A DNA stretch of 64,000 nucleotides from contig JBEKXL010000003.1 in NCBI GenBank assembly GCA_049512075.1, positions 64,001-128,000 on the forward strand, in the 5' to 3' direction. Positions 51,307-62,100 of the stretch are shown here, one piece after another. The stretch comes from Candidatus Bathyarchaeia archaeon (GTDB lineage Archaea; Thermoproteota; Bathyarchaeia; Bathyarchaeales; Bathycorpusculaceae). The translations under genes were made by a program, and so were the position numbers. Numbering within the stretch: position 1 is the first letter of the stretch; the number at the start of each line of letters is the position of its first letter. The notes under the pieces were generated by a model, which was given only the letters and a program-made list of their open reading frames with translations, ran no database searches and was not told the origin of the DNA.

Positions 51307-53400
51307 TCAGCCCGGGAATGGGCAGTTCTTCGTCGGACATCCCCCTGAATATTCCGGCTCCAAGGACAGAAACCTGCCCTTGTCCGTCTTTATCTCCCCG
51401 ATGTACAGCACTTGTTCCGGCTTGCTGCCGTACCTGAAAACGGTAACTCCCTTGCATTTCAGCTTCCAAGCCAGCTCGTAGATTTTCCTAACGTCTTCAA
51501 CCGTGGCTTCCGAAGGCAGGTTAACGGTCTTCGATACAGCATTGTCGGTGTATTTCTGAAACACAGCCTGCATCCGCACGTGCCATTCAGGTGCGATGTC
51601 CAAGGCTGTGCCAAAGAGCCTCTTCACATCCTCGGGAACTCCATCAATCTTCTGAACTGAGCCGGTCTGGGCTATCTCCTCAAGCAGTCTTGCACTGTAG
51701 AAGCCTTTTTCTTTGGCCATCATTTCAAACAGCGGATTAGTCTCAAACAGTCTTGTCCCGTTCAGAACGTTCCGTATGAAGGAAATTGCGAAGATCGGTT
51801 CAATGCCTGAAGAGCAGCCAGCGATTATGCTTATGGTTCCTGTGGGCGCAATGGTTGTGACCGTGGAATTTCTGAGCGCCGAATGCTTGTCTCTCCAAAT
51901 GCTGCCCTCAAAGTTAGGGAAAGATCCTCGCTGTTGGCCCAGCTCCTCAGACCGCCTGTGCCCCTCCTCCTCAATGAACTTCATGATCTCGTCGCCCACC
52001 TTCAAGGCCTGTTCGGAATCATAAGGAATCCCAAGCTTGACAACCATGTCTGCGAAACCCATCACACCTAAACCTATCTTCCTATTCGCCAGCGTAATAT
52101 CCTCGATTTCCTTCAAAGGATATCTGTTCGCGTCAATCACGTTGTCAAGAAAATGCACTGCGTTCCTAACAGTCTCCCTGAGCTTCTCCCAATCTATCTT
52201 TCCGTCCACGACCATGTGGGACAGGTTGATGGAACCCAAGTTGCAGGACTCGTAGGGAAGCAGCGGCTGCTCGCCGCAAGGATTTGTGGACTCTATTCTT
52301 CCCACTTGCGGAGTGGGATTGTGTCTGTTGATTTCGTCGATGAATATGACGCCGGGGTCGCCGCTCATCCAGGCGGACTTTGCCATCAAGTCCCAAACCT
52401 CTTTTGCCATGAGCTTCTTGGTCTTCTCCTTGTTACGAGGGTTGACCAGCCAGTACTCGCCGTTCTCCTCAACCGCCTTCATGAAATCGTCGGTCACCGC
52501 GACTGAAATGTTGAAGTTTGACAAGAACCTAGGCTGCTGTTTGGACGTTATGAACTCGATAATATCCGGGTGGTCGACTCTTAATACGGCCATCATCGCG
52601 CCTCTGCGTTTTCCACCGGCCTTTATGATTTCCGTGCCGGTGTCAAAGATTCGCATGAAACTCACGGGTCCAGACGCTACTCCCTTGGTTGACTTGACTA
52701 TGTCGCCCTTGGGTCTAAGCTTGGAAAAATCAAAACCGACTCCTCCCCCACTCTGCTCTATCAAGGCCATGTTCTTTGCAGACGTGAAAATGCCTTCCAG
52801 CGAATCTTCAACCGGCAGGACAAAGCACGCCGACAATTGACCCAGCCGCGTCCCAGCGTTAAAGAGAGTCGGTGTGTTTGGGATGAACTCAAGCCTCGAC
52901 ATCATTCCGTAGAATATGTTTTCAGTTTCGTTTGGATTCCCGCCGTAGCTACTGTCAGCAGCCCCCACTGCCCGTGCCACTCTTTTGAAGAGCTCAGCGG
53001 GGGACTCTACGATTCTTTCATCTTCGTCCCTGAGAAGATACCTCTGTCTCAAGACTTCAAGCGCATTCACCGTCAACTTGGGCTCCTTAATTTCCAGCTT
53101 TTGTCTCAACTTCCTGATTTCCTGCTTTTTCTCCCTATAGACTTGATAGCTTTCGGCAACTTTCCCGTAACCTTTTTCCCTCAAAACCCTTACGACAGCG
53201 TCTTGCGCGTCCTCGACAGAGGGAACCTTTCCCTCGAACTCTTGTTCTAAAAGCCTGACAACCTCTTTCGTCACGATTTCAGCTTTCTCGCCATCCTCGA
53301 GTTCCACAGCGATGAAAGCCTTGTAGATTGCATCTCTTATCCTTCGCGCGTCAAAATCAACGACTCTTCCGTCCCTTTTCGAAATCTTCGACATGGGCAT
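51307..53400 (-). CDS. nrdJ: Class II (B12-dependent) ribonucleotide reductase with ATP cone
   Basis: KRDG ATP cone, PNTPTL, LSACF, TNPCGEQ, CNLGS, TIAPTGT, C-terminal Cys pair. Confidence 0.93.
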   Translation of the reverse strand: MPMSKISKRDGRVVDFDARRIRDAIYKAFIAVELEDGEKAEIVTKEVVRLLEQEFEGKVPSVEDAQDAVVRVLREKGYGKVAESYQVYREKKQEIRKLRQKLEIKEPKLTVNALEVLRQRYLLRDEDERIVESPAELFKRVARAVGAADSSYGGNPNETENIFYGMMSRLEFIPNTPTLFNAGTRLGQLSACFVLPVEDSLEGIFTSAKNMALIEQSGGGVGFDFSKLRPKGDIVKSTKGVASGPVSFMRIFDTGTEIIKAGGKRRGAMMAVLRVDHPDIIEFITSKQQPRFLSNFNISVAVTDDFMKAVEENGEYWLVNPRNKEKTKKLMAKEVWDLMAKSAWMSGDPGVIFIDEINRHNPTPQVGRIESTNPCGEQPLLPYESCNLGSINLSHMVVDGKIDWEKLRETVRNAVHFLDNVIDANRYPLKEIEDITLANRKIGLGVMGFADMVVKLGIPYDSEQALKVGDEIMKFIEEEGHRRSEELGQQRGSFPNFEGSIWRDKHSALRNSTVTTIAPTGTISIIAGCSSGIEPIFAISFIRNVLNGTRLFETNPLFEMMAKEKGFYSARLLEEIAQTGSVQKIDGVPEDVKRLFGTALDIAPEWHVRMQAVFQKYTDNAVSKTVNLPSEATVEDVRKIYELAWKLKCKGVTVFRYGSKPEQVLYIGEIKTDKGRFLSLEPEYSGGCPTKNCPFPG

Positions 53401-53478
53401 GCTTGATCAACTCAAATTTGCTACGCTCGGAATATAAGGTTTTTAAAGATAACCCGTGGCAAAAAAAAGTGTTCTTTT

Positions 53479-53640
53479 TCATTCTTTTTTGACAAACTGG
53501 TCCTTCGGAACCCCGCAGACTGGACAGACCCAGTCATCTGGCAGAGCCTCAAACGGCGTCCCAGCTTTTACTCCACGCTCGGGATCTCCTATTTCTGGAT
53601 CATAAATGTAACCGCAAACTGAACATTCCCATTTTTCCAC
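53479..53640 (-). CDS. Rubredoxin (53 aa; not in ORF track)
   Basis: [20 protein letters not shown]....[17 protein letters not shown]. Confidence 0.95.
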   Translation of the reverse strand: MEKWECSVCGYIYDPEIGDPERGVKAGTPFEALPDDWVCPVCGVPKDQFVKKE

Positions 53641-53751
53641 TGTTACACACCCCACATTCCCGAGAAATCATCGGTTAACAGCATCTTAAACCTACCGTCC
53701 AGTAAACGCGCTCAAGAACGTCTTTTGAGCATATTATGTTTGGAAACAATG

Positions 53752-53970
53752 TCAAATTGCAATTTGGAGTTGCTCGATGAGTTCCTTTTTCATTGCTTCA
53801 TCATCTTGAATCTGTTTCCGAGCTTTGCGCCAATCTGCGGAACAGCGCCCGTAACTCGATTGTTCGCCTATATAGTGGTGGATAACCTTGTCAACTTTCT
53901 CTTTGTTTTTGTCGGTTACCTTTATTCCAGCCTCTTGCAAAATCCCGTCAAACCATTTCCAACAAGTCAT
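53752..53970 (-). CDS. Small hypothetical protein
   Basis: Likely start MTCWKW; helical, two Cys; co-oriented with rubredoxin. Confidence 0.65.
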   Translation of the reverse strand: MTCWKWFDGILQEAGIKVTDKNKEKVDKVIHHYIGEQSSYGRCSADWRKARKQIQDDEAMKKELIEQLQIAI

Positions 53971-54082
53971 TCCTAGCCACCGAATACGCTCTTTCCGGTT
54001 TGGCTTAAGAAGATTGCGGAACCAAACCAAGAATCACAAGGCTATTATAGCTCCAAGCAGCTACGGAATGGTGGCGTTTCAT

Positions 54083-54325
54083 ATGGTCGAAGCGATAGTT
54101 CTTGTTCGAGTCGGGTCAAGCGAAAATCTGAACTTTATGAAAACTGTCAAGGAGGAACTCAGCAAGGTCAAAGGTGTCAAGGAAGTCAATGGCGTCTTCG
54201 GCCGCTGGGACTTCGTGATCAAACTGGAAACAAGAACTCTTGGAGACTTAGGCAACCTAGTTACGGATTGCGTTAGAAGCATCAAAGGAGTACAGTCCAC
54301 AGAGACCCTCGTGATGGGCTTCTAA
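54083..54325 (+). CDS. Stand-alone Lrp/AsnC ligand-binding domain
   Basis: MVEAIVLVRV...VFGRWDFVIK...VRSIKGVQSTETL. Confidence 0.88.
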   Translation: MVEAIVLVRVGSSENLNFMKTVKEELSKVKGVKEVNGVFGRWDFVIKLETRTLGDLGNLVTDCVRSIKGVQSTETLVMGF

Positions 54326-54588
54326 AACGTAGCCACAAGTTGACTAGTACCCACATCCCTTGCTTTTTATGTCTGAACTATGCCAGAAGTCCTTCAGAGC
54401 CTATTTCTATCCAGGAAAATTGAGCCACACCATCACGAAATAGTTTTTTTCTGCGTCATCCTAATTGCGCAATCCGACCAAACGAAAGTTTACAGGGAGA
54501 ACAACCAAACAAAGAGTTTACAGAACCCGGAACCAGCACTATCAGGAATAATCGAAAGAAAAAAAGGGAAATCTACAGAGCATCCGTG

Positions 54589-54744
54589 TTACTGCTTCTT
54601 TGTCTTTTCGTATCGTTGGGCACATTTTGCGCAGCAGAAAACGTATTCCTTGCCCTCAACCACTGTACGGTGAGAGGCGAGTTTGCATGCCTCCTCAGGA
54701 ATTTCCACTTTGCAGAATTCGCATCGGACAAATTGCGGCTTCAT
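54589..54744 (-). CDS. TRASH/YHS-like metal-binding protein (51 aa; not in ORF track)
   Basis: MKPQFVRCEFCKVEI....VEGKEYVFCCAKCAQRY; ATG directly follows the iscU stop. Confidence 0.8.
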   Translation of the reverse strand: MKPQFVRCEFCKVEIPEEACKLASHRTVVEGKEYVFCCAKCAQRYEKTKKQ

Positions 54745-55131
54745 TTACTTCGTATCTCCTCCTTTTCCATGCTTCTTATAATAATCTTCAATTGCGGCGT
54801 GCAACGCGTCCGCGGCAAGGTTGGAACAATGCATTTTGACAGCGGGAAGTCCCCCTAACTCATCAGCTACGTTTGCCCGCGTGATTTGCAAGCCTTCTTC
54901 CAACGTTTTTCCTTTGGCCAATTCGGTTATCATGCTACTCGTTGCAATTGCTGAGCCACAGCCAAATGTTTTGAATTTGATGTCGACTAGGCGGTTGTCT
55001 TTGACCTTGATGTAAATGGTCATCAAGTCTCCACACACAGGATTTCCCACCGTGCCGACGCCGTCAGCGTCTGGGATTTCGCCGACGTTGCGTGGGTTTT
55101 TGAAGTGTTCCATGACTTTCTCGGTGTACAT
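54745..55131 (-). CDS. iscU: Fe-S cluster scaffold IscU/NifU-N
   Basis: HFKNPRNVG, NPVCGD, FGCGSAIA, KMHCSNL. Confidence 0.95.
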   Translation of the reverse strand: MYTEKVMEHFKNPRNVGEIPDADGVGTVGNPVCGDLMTIYIKVKDNRLVDIKFKTFGCGSAIATSSMITELAKGKTLEEGLQITRANVADELGGLPAVKMHCSNLAADALHAAIEDYYKKHGKGGDTK

Positions 55132-56336
55132 TACATTCTCAACTCCTTAGGTGTCAAAGGCGACATATTTCTTAGTCTTTTGACGATGTCTGGCATTAAG
55201 CTTGCTGCATAGTCAACGTCTTCTTCAGTGTTGTGCCTGCCCAGAGTGAACATCAGGGAACCGTGAGCCTCCTCGTGCTTCAGTCCGACTGCCAAGAGCA
55301 CGTGCGATGGTTCCAGAGTCTTCGCCGTGCAGGCTGAGCCCGATGACGCGTACACGCCCATCATGTCTAGGCTGAGCAGCATGGACTCTCCCTCTATGAA
55401 GCTGTATCTGACGGAGACGTTGTCGGGCAAGCGTGTCGTGGGATGCCCGTTCAAGAAAGAGTATGGAATAGGCTTGAGCAAGCCGTCGATGAATCTGTCT
55501 CTGAGTTTTGTGAGCCGTGCGCTTTCGGTTTGCATTTCTTTCTTGGCTATCTCTGCAGCCTTTCCAAACCCTACGACGGCTGCTACGTTCTCTGTACCAG
55601 ACCTTAGACCTCTCTCCTGGCCGCCACCGTGCAACAAAGGTTCTAGGCGCACTCCATCTTTCACGCAGAGCGCACCTACACCCCTCGGCCCGTACATGTC
55701 GTTTGAAGAGATTGTGAGCAGGTCTATACCCTCGTTCCTAACGTCCACGGGGACTTGGCCACAGGCGGCCGTGGCATCAACGTGCAGATAGGCGTTCTTG
55801 CCGTGCGCGATCTTGCTGATTTCTTTTATCGGTTCGATTGTTCCTATTTCCCCGTTTGCGTACACTACTGAGACGAGGACTGTCTTGTCTGTCAGTTCTT
55901 TCTGCAGGCTTTCAAGATTCAGGAACCCGTACTTGTCAACGGGGAGGAAGACGGCTTCAAATCCTTTTGTGCTCAAGAACTTGCACGGGTTAACGACGGA
56001 CATGTGTTCGACGCTCGAGGTTAGAATTCGGGTTCCACGGTCCTTGTTGCGGTTGGCCACGCCTTTGATGGCCAAGTTGTTGCTTTCTGTTGCTCCTGAA
56101 GTGAAAATTACTGATTCTTTTTTCTCAGCGTTGATTAATTTTGCAACCTGTGCCCTTGCTTCTTCGACTGCACGCTTTGCTTCCTGTCCAAACACGTGTA
56201 GTGATGATGGGTTTCCATAGGATGACTTCATGTAAGGCAACATGGCCTCTATCACGCGGGGTTCCACGGGTCTGCCCGCTGCGTGATCCATGTAGACGCG
56301 TTTTGTAGCCGACAAGGTCCGCTCACTCAGAAGCAT
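55131..56336 (-). CDS. iscS: Cysteine desulfurase IscS/NifS family; PLP-site motif atypical; start may be TTG 56315
   Basis: FTSGATES, EH.SV, NGEIG, HVDA, SSGSACT; usual S.HK reads SSND. Confidence 0.85.
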   Translation of the reverse strand: MLLSERTLSATKRVYMDHAAGRPVEPRVIEAMLPYMKSSYGNPSSLHVFGQEAKRAVEEARAQVAKLINAEKKESVIFTSGATESNNLAIKGVANRNKDRGTRILTSSVEHMSVVNPCKFLSTKGFEAVFLPVDKYGFLNLESLQKELTDKTVLVSVVYANGEIGTIEPIKEISKIAHGKNAYLHVDATAACGQVPVDVRNEGIDLLTISSNDMYGPRGVGALCVKDGVRLEPLLHGGGQERGLRSGTENVAAVVGFGKAAEIAKKEMQTESARLTKLRDRFIDGLLKPIPYSFLNGHPTTRLPDNVSVRYSFIEGESMLLSLDMMGVYASSGSACTAKTLEPSHVLLAVGLKHEEAHGSLMFTLGRHNTEEDVDYAASLMPDIVKRLRNMSPLTPKELRM

Positions 56337-56698
56337 AGAACGGCGTCTGCGTTGAGGGCTAGATCATTGAGGGTTGCAGCGCCGACAATCTGTGCCTCTT
56401 TCGTGAAGTCGCCCCTCGGAATTCCCATCAGTCCACAGCTCTGTTCGCACACGACAAGCTTAACCCCGGCTTTGACTGCTTGATCCATTACCTCTTTGAG
56501 CGAAGGAAAACTGCCTATCTTGATTTTCTCAGCTTCACCTTTCTTGACAAGAGTGATACCCTTGATCACGAAGTAGACAGTGGCGTCAACGTTCATCATT
56601 GCAGCAGTAGTTGCCAGAATGAACGGTGCATAGGCACGTTCAGGCGTATCAACACCGCTAGTCTGCACGTACAGTATCTTTTTCTTCTTAACGCTCAT
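56327..56698 (-). CDS. DsrE/DsrF-like protein
   Basis: PERAYAPF..A, VCEQSC, GAATL. Confidence 0.85.
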   Translation of the reverse strand: MSVKKKKILYVQTSGVDTPERAYAPFILATTAAMMNVDATVYFVIKGITLVKKGEAEKIKIGSFPSLKEVMDQAVKAGVKLVVCEQSCGLMGIPRGDFTKEAQIVGAATLNDLALNADAVLCF

Positions 56699-56721
56699 TT
56701 CATTTCACTTCCTGGCAATTC

Positions 56722-56958
56722 TCATTTAACCTTCCTTATTAATATACGAACCGTATTGCCTTCCTTGTTGACGCTCACCAATTCCTGTTCCAGATTCTTC
56801 ACCAGACTCCGTATGTCAGACTCTGCAGCAGGATCGTCTGCAAGGACCTCCAAAGTCTCGCCAACTCTCAGCTCGTCCAATTCTAGTCTTGTCTTAAAGA
56901 CGGGTTCAGGACAGTACAGGCCCACACAGTCCAACGTTCTGTCAGGTTTGACCTTCAT
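56722..56958 (-). CDS. tusA: TusA/SirA sulfur carrier
   Basis: LDCVGLYCPEP, LEVLADDP. Confidence 0.92.
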   Translation of the reverse strand: MKVKPDRTLDCVGLYCPEPVFKTRLELDELRVGETLEVLADDPAAESDIRSLVKNLEQELVSVNKEGNTVRILIRKVK

Positions 56959-57032
56959 AACGTAGCCTCTGATCAAGAGAGCCAAAAAAGGGGAATAAAT
57001 TTCTTTTGGGTCTGAAAGGCCGCAACATTCGT

Positions 57033-57347
<315 letters not shown>

Positions 57348-57526
57348 TCACCCATCCCAGAATGAAAGCTTGGAAATATTAACTCTTCCGTTTCTGACGC
57401 TACGAACCGAAGTGCAGCACGTGCAGTCTGGCCTCCTTTCTTAACAGGCCACAAACGTCAATTGAAAGATCCCATTCAAGGGTTTTCACGTCGGACAGCA
57501 AAGCGCGCGACGAATGCCAACGACTC

Positions 57527-57883
57527 TTAGAAAGATAGGATTTTTTGGCCTTCTACTATCCATTTGGAAAGCCCTGTTATCGTGCCCATTTCTGTTCCTT
57601 CGACCAGGTCCTGCTCCGTTAACCCTCTCAGGTTCATACTCGTATGGCAAACATTGACGCACACACCCACCTTGACAAGGTCTGCAAGCATTCTTTCGAT
57701 GTTATAAAATCCCTTAGCAGGTTTCTGTCCCTTCTTGGCAGCGTTCACAGCGTCTCCGATCAGGAAAATGTTGACTTTCACCCTTGCGCTCGAACAAGAC
57801 AAGGCTTCTGCTAGCCTCAATGCATTCCAGATTCTCTAGTCTCCATATGGAGAACTGCTGATAACCATCGTTAGGGTCTCCAT
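57527..57883 (-). pseudogene. DsrE/YchN family protein with an in-frame TAG at codon 16
   Basis: METLTMVISSSPYGD*RIWNALRLA...IFLIGDAV; TAG at 57838-57836 where Glu is expected. Confidence 0.8.
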
Positions 57884-58074
57884 GCATCCACCTTCCTGAA
57901 CTTTCTGAAATACGTCCTACTCGTGCGCAAGCTTAAACATATCGTCTTCCTCTCGCGCGCGCTATATGATGTGTCTAGAATTGATTTCTATAACTGAGTC
58001 ACCAAAAATTACTAATCCTAGTTGCAACAAAGGGGTGTCGAGCACTCCCTAACTGCTAAAGGGAGGTTAGAAGA

Positions 58075-58476
58075 TTGTCAAAAAACGAAAATGATTCTGT
58101 GCAAACTGACCATGCTAATGGGCATGGTCGCAATAGTAGTAGCCACCGCAGAAACTTACTACGTACCAAAGCCTCTGTAATTGGCTTGTGGAGAGACATC
58201 AAAACAATCCTACGCTATCCAGTGCTAATAGCGGCATTTGCGGTAGACGCGGTCATCGTTCTTCCTACGTCTGTCATTATCGGCGGATTTGCGTATGGGT
58301 TCTTTGGCAGCATCATCGCTGTCATAATCACGCAAATCCCCATTGAAATTCTAGTGTATCAAAAAATCAAAGAAGAAGCACGCGCGGCAAAGCTTATGTC
58401 TGAAGGCTGGGAATCAAAGAAGACAACTGAAGAACTGATGAAAGAATACAAAAAGCTGCTGGAGAAGAAGAAGTAA
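58075..58476 (+). CDS. Hypothetical membrane protein
   Basis: GGGAGG SD, two TM segments, charged tail. Confidence 0.6.
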   Translation: MSKNENDSVQTDHANGHGRNSSSHRRNLLRTKASVIGLWRDIKTILRYPVLIAAFAVDAVIVLPTSVIIGGFAYGFFGSIIAVIITQIPIEILVYQKIKEEARAAKLMSEGWESKKTTEELMKEYKKLLEKKK

Positions 58477-59159
58477 CTTTCAATCCCGCGGCAGACCGAA
58501 TTCTTCTAACGCGCGCTTGGTTACATCGTTGTGTAGTTTGGGTTTGGGGATAAGACTTTACCCCTAAACCAAACCAACCACTTCGCCTACGGTCACTCAC
58601 TCCACCCTGTGACCAACTGCTCCACTCTGGTCACCAGCACTCCTCCTCCTACGCCTACACCTATACCTACCCATACAACACACACTCACACGCCGTGAGT
58701 GTTAAGGAAGCACGCGCTGTGTGGCCTTTGTGCACTAAGTCATGCTAGCTATGACCATAATACTGGGTGCCTTGTCGACGCGCATGAGTCGAAGAAATTG
58801 AGGAAAGGAGAAGGCCTCCATGCTCAAAGAAAAAAGACCTTGCAAAGAGAGCTAACTCAATTTGACGATGAACTTAGAAAATACTGCTAACGGGTGGAAG
58901 CTGAGCTGTTCGACCGTGAGAACCGTCTTGCAATGTTAGTAGACCAGATATGCAACCCCGCCCCTAAATCGATTTTTGGGGAAATCTTTCAACAGCTGAA
59001 AAAACAAGGCAAGGCTTAAAAAAACACAAGATTGTATGATAGTCGGCATTTCAGGGTGTTACGCTCTCCATTCTTTCAGATACTCTTCCAGATCCTTCTG
59101 TAACGCTTTCGTCGTTGTTAAGGTCGAAAAAGGCACGTTTTCTTTTCATTGTCGTTTTT

Positions 59160-62100
59160 TCATGCAATTCTGTAGTCCTCTTTTCCACTTTGATTAGTCT
59201 CAGGTATTGTCATGGTGAACTGTGCTCCCTTGCCTGGTTCGCCTGTTTCTTGTATGGTCCAGCCATAGACTTCCATCATCTTCTTTATCAAGTATAATCC
59301 GTAGCCCGTGCTCCCGCCTGTGCTGTAGCCCTCTTTGAAGAGCTTCGGCTTCTCTGCAATAGGTATTCCAACACCATCGTCCTCAAAGACTAGCTTGAGC
59401 GCATCTTGGCTTGTTCTTTCGTAATGGACTTTTATTCTTGTGACCTTCTGGCCGTACTTTAACGAGTTGTCAATGAGATTGTAGAAAAGTTGTCGTAGCA
59501 GCGAGTCTGCTAAAACAGTCAGCCCACGGCATTCATTTACCACATTCACACCTTTCAGGTCTAAGAAGAGCAACGCTGCCTCACTGACGGTTTTCTCCAC
59601 GTCAACGTACACTAGTTCTTCAGAGCCTAACATCTCGTAAACTCTTGCGAAATCGAAAATCTCCACCGATTGCTGAACAGCTTTTTCAATTGCCGCGAGA
59701 TCTTCGACAACTTTGCTCTCTGCGGGTAACTCTCTCTTTGCCAAATATGCTTTGAGAGCAACAAGCTGCAATTTGTTCCGCACATCATGCCTCGAAAGGA
59801 GGCCAACCACGCGCAATTTCTCATTCATGATTGCAAGTCTCTCTATGGCTTCTTGCAAGTCCTTTTCGGTCTTCTTTAGTTCTGTCGCATCTATGCCCAT
59901 GGCAATGCTGCCGACTGTTTCTCCGTTTTCGTCGAGTATGTTGTTTGAATACCAAGAAATAGTCTTCAAAGCTCCATCTTTGCATCTAATGACCGTTTCA
60001 AAATCCCGAAAAGCTGATTCGTTATGCTCAATGGTTCTCCGCTGGTGCGCAAAAATCTTGGCACAATATTGAGGGTCTGGATACAGCCATTCCCAAATCT
60101 TCTTGTGCCCAATCACTTCCTCACGAGAATATCCGGAAATAAGCTCCGCCGCCCGATTCCATAAAATCACGTTGCCCTCTCTGTCAAGAAGATTAATCCA
60201 GACAATCGCGGTGTCAATGACTTTGTTCTGAAACTCCAACAGACTTCTTGCTTGTTCCGCCGATCTCCGCACGACTTCATGTTCTTGCCTACGTTCGCTG
60301 ATGTCTGTTACAGTTCCAAGAATAGCAGATTCTCCATCATAGGTTATCAGTTTTGAAGTAAGTATTGCGTCGATTGTTCTTCCTTGTCTTGTTAGTAGTT
60401 TGTATTCATATGGTGCAGCCTCTTCTCCCTTCATGTGTTTGGCGAAGTCTGATTTTATCAGTTCTCTTGATTCTGGCGCAATTAACTTCAGGAAGTTGAA
60501 GTCTGGAGAGTAAAACTCTTCTTTTGTGTAGCCCATAATCTCCTCTGATTTCTTGTTCGCATACACGATTCTCCCCTTTTTGTTGATGAAAATCATGTTT
60601 GGAGACTGTTCCGCAAGATTCCTGAACTTCTCTTCACTTTCCCGTAAAGCTTCTTCTGCTTTCTTGCGTTCAGTAATGTCTTCTATCACACTTACAAAAC
60701 CCGTTGGGTTGCCAGAAAGGTCTTTTAAAACACTCGCAGAAACCGATAGTAGGCGTTCGCTGCCATTTTTAGCGATAATAGTATATTCTATGTTTCTCAT
60801 TAGACCTTGCTTCAGAGTTCTTTCCATGTTTTCCATTGCCCTTTGCCAGTCTTTCTTTGCAGCAGACTCGAATGCATTTCTCCCAACAAATTCACTTTTC
60901 GATGAATAACCAAACACCTTCTGAGCCTGTTCATTGCAATCCGCAACCTTACCATTCAGATCAATAACGACAATGGCATCGGCAGAAACATCAAATATGT
61001 TCTGCAACCTCGTCTGATTCTCTGATAACTCCATTTCCATCTTCTTGAATTGCGAAATGTCCACGACAATGCCTCTAAGGCCAACGATCTTGTCTTCATG
61101 AACAACGGGACCGGAACTTATCAGAACAGGAAATGTGCTACCGTCCTTTCTCTGAAATGTGTATTCATTGGTTCCAGTCTTTTCCCCACTAAATACTTTC
61201 TTCAGGTTTTCTTGTGCTCTACCTCGGTGCTCTGGAACGAGAAAATCCAGCGCGTTTAAGCCTTTAGCAAAATCCTCTCGAGTATAGCCGGTGATGACGT
61301 AGGTTCTTTCATTGACAAATGCGAGCTTTCCTTGTTCATCAGCTTCAAAAGCAATCTCCGGCAACGAATTGGCAAGCGTTCTGTATTTCTCCTCGCTTTC
61401 CCTTAATGCCTTTTCAGCTTTCTTTTTCTCAGTAACGTCTCTGAATATGCCTTCTGTCCGCAACATGTTGCCTTTTTCATCTTTTTGAACAGTGACGCTC
61501 GCCAAAATTTCAATCAAAATGCCGTCTTTTTTCTTCCAAACCATTTCCCAGTCTTTGACATATCCATTTTTCATCAATTCTCTCAGCACTCGGGTCCTAT
61601 CTTCAGGATCGGCATACAACTTAACTGCATGGGTACCAATCAACTCTTTTTGATTGCTATAACCCAAGATATTTGCCGCCGCTGGATTCAACGAGGATAT
61701 TTTCCCATCAGACCCGTTGATTAGGATTCCTTCAATGGTCGAATCAAATAGTCGCCCATATCTTTCTCCGCAAGCTCTAAGGGCCATTTCTGCGCAGGTC
61801 CTCTCTTCAGCTGCTCGTTTGCGTTCCACTGTTGTTCGTATTGCATGCCCCAATTCGCAGTAGACTGTTTCTGGATCGCCATTCTTGTTCAAGTATTGGT
61901 CTGCGCCGAGGTTCAACGCCTTGATGGCAACTTCTTCTCTACCTCTCCCAGTGAATATCAGAAAAGGAACAGTGTTGCCACTCTGCCTTAGTTCCTTAAG
62001 AAATTCAAGCCCGTCTTTGCCAGGCATCTGGTAGTCAGAAACCACAGCATCGTATGTTTCTTCCTTCAGCTTTTCCTTAGCCTCTTCAACAGAAGTTGCC

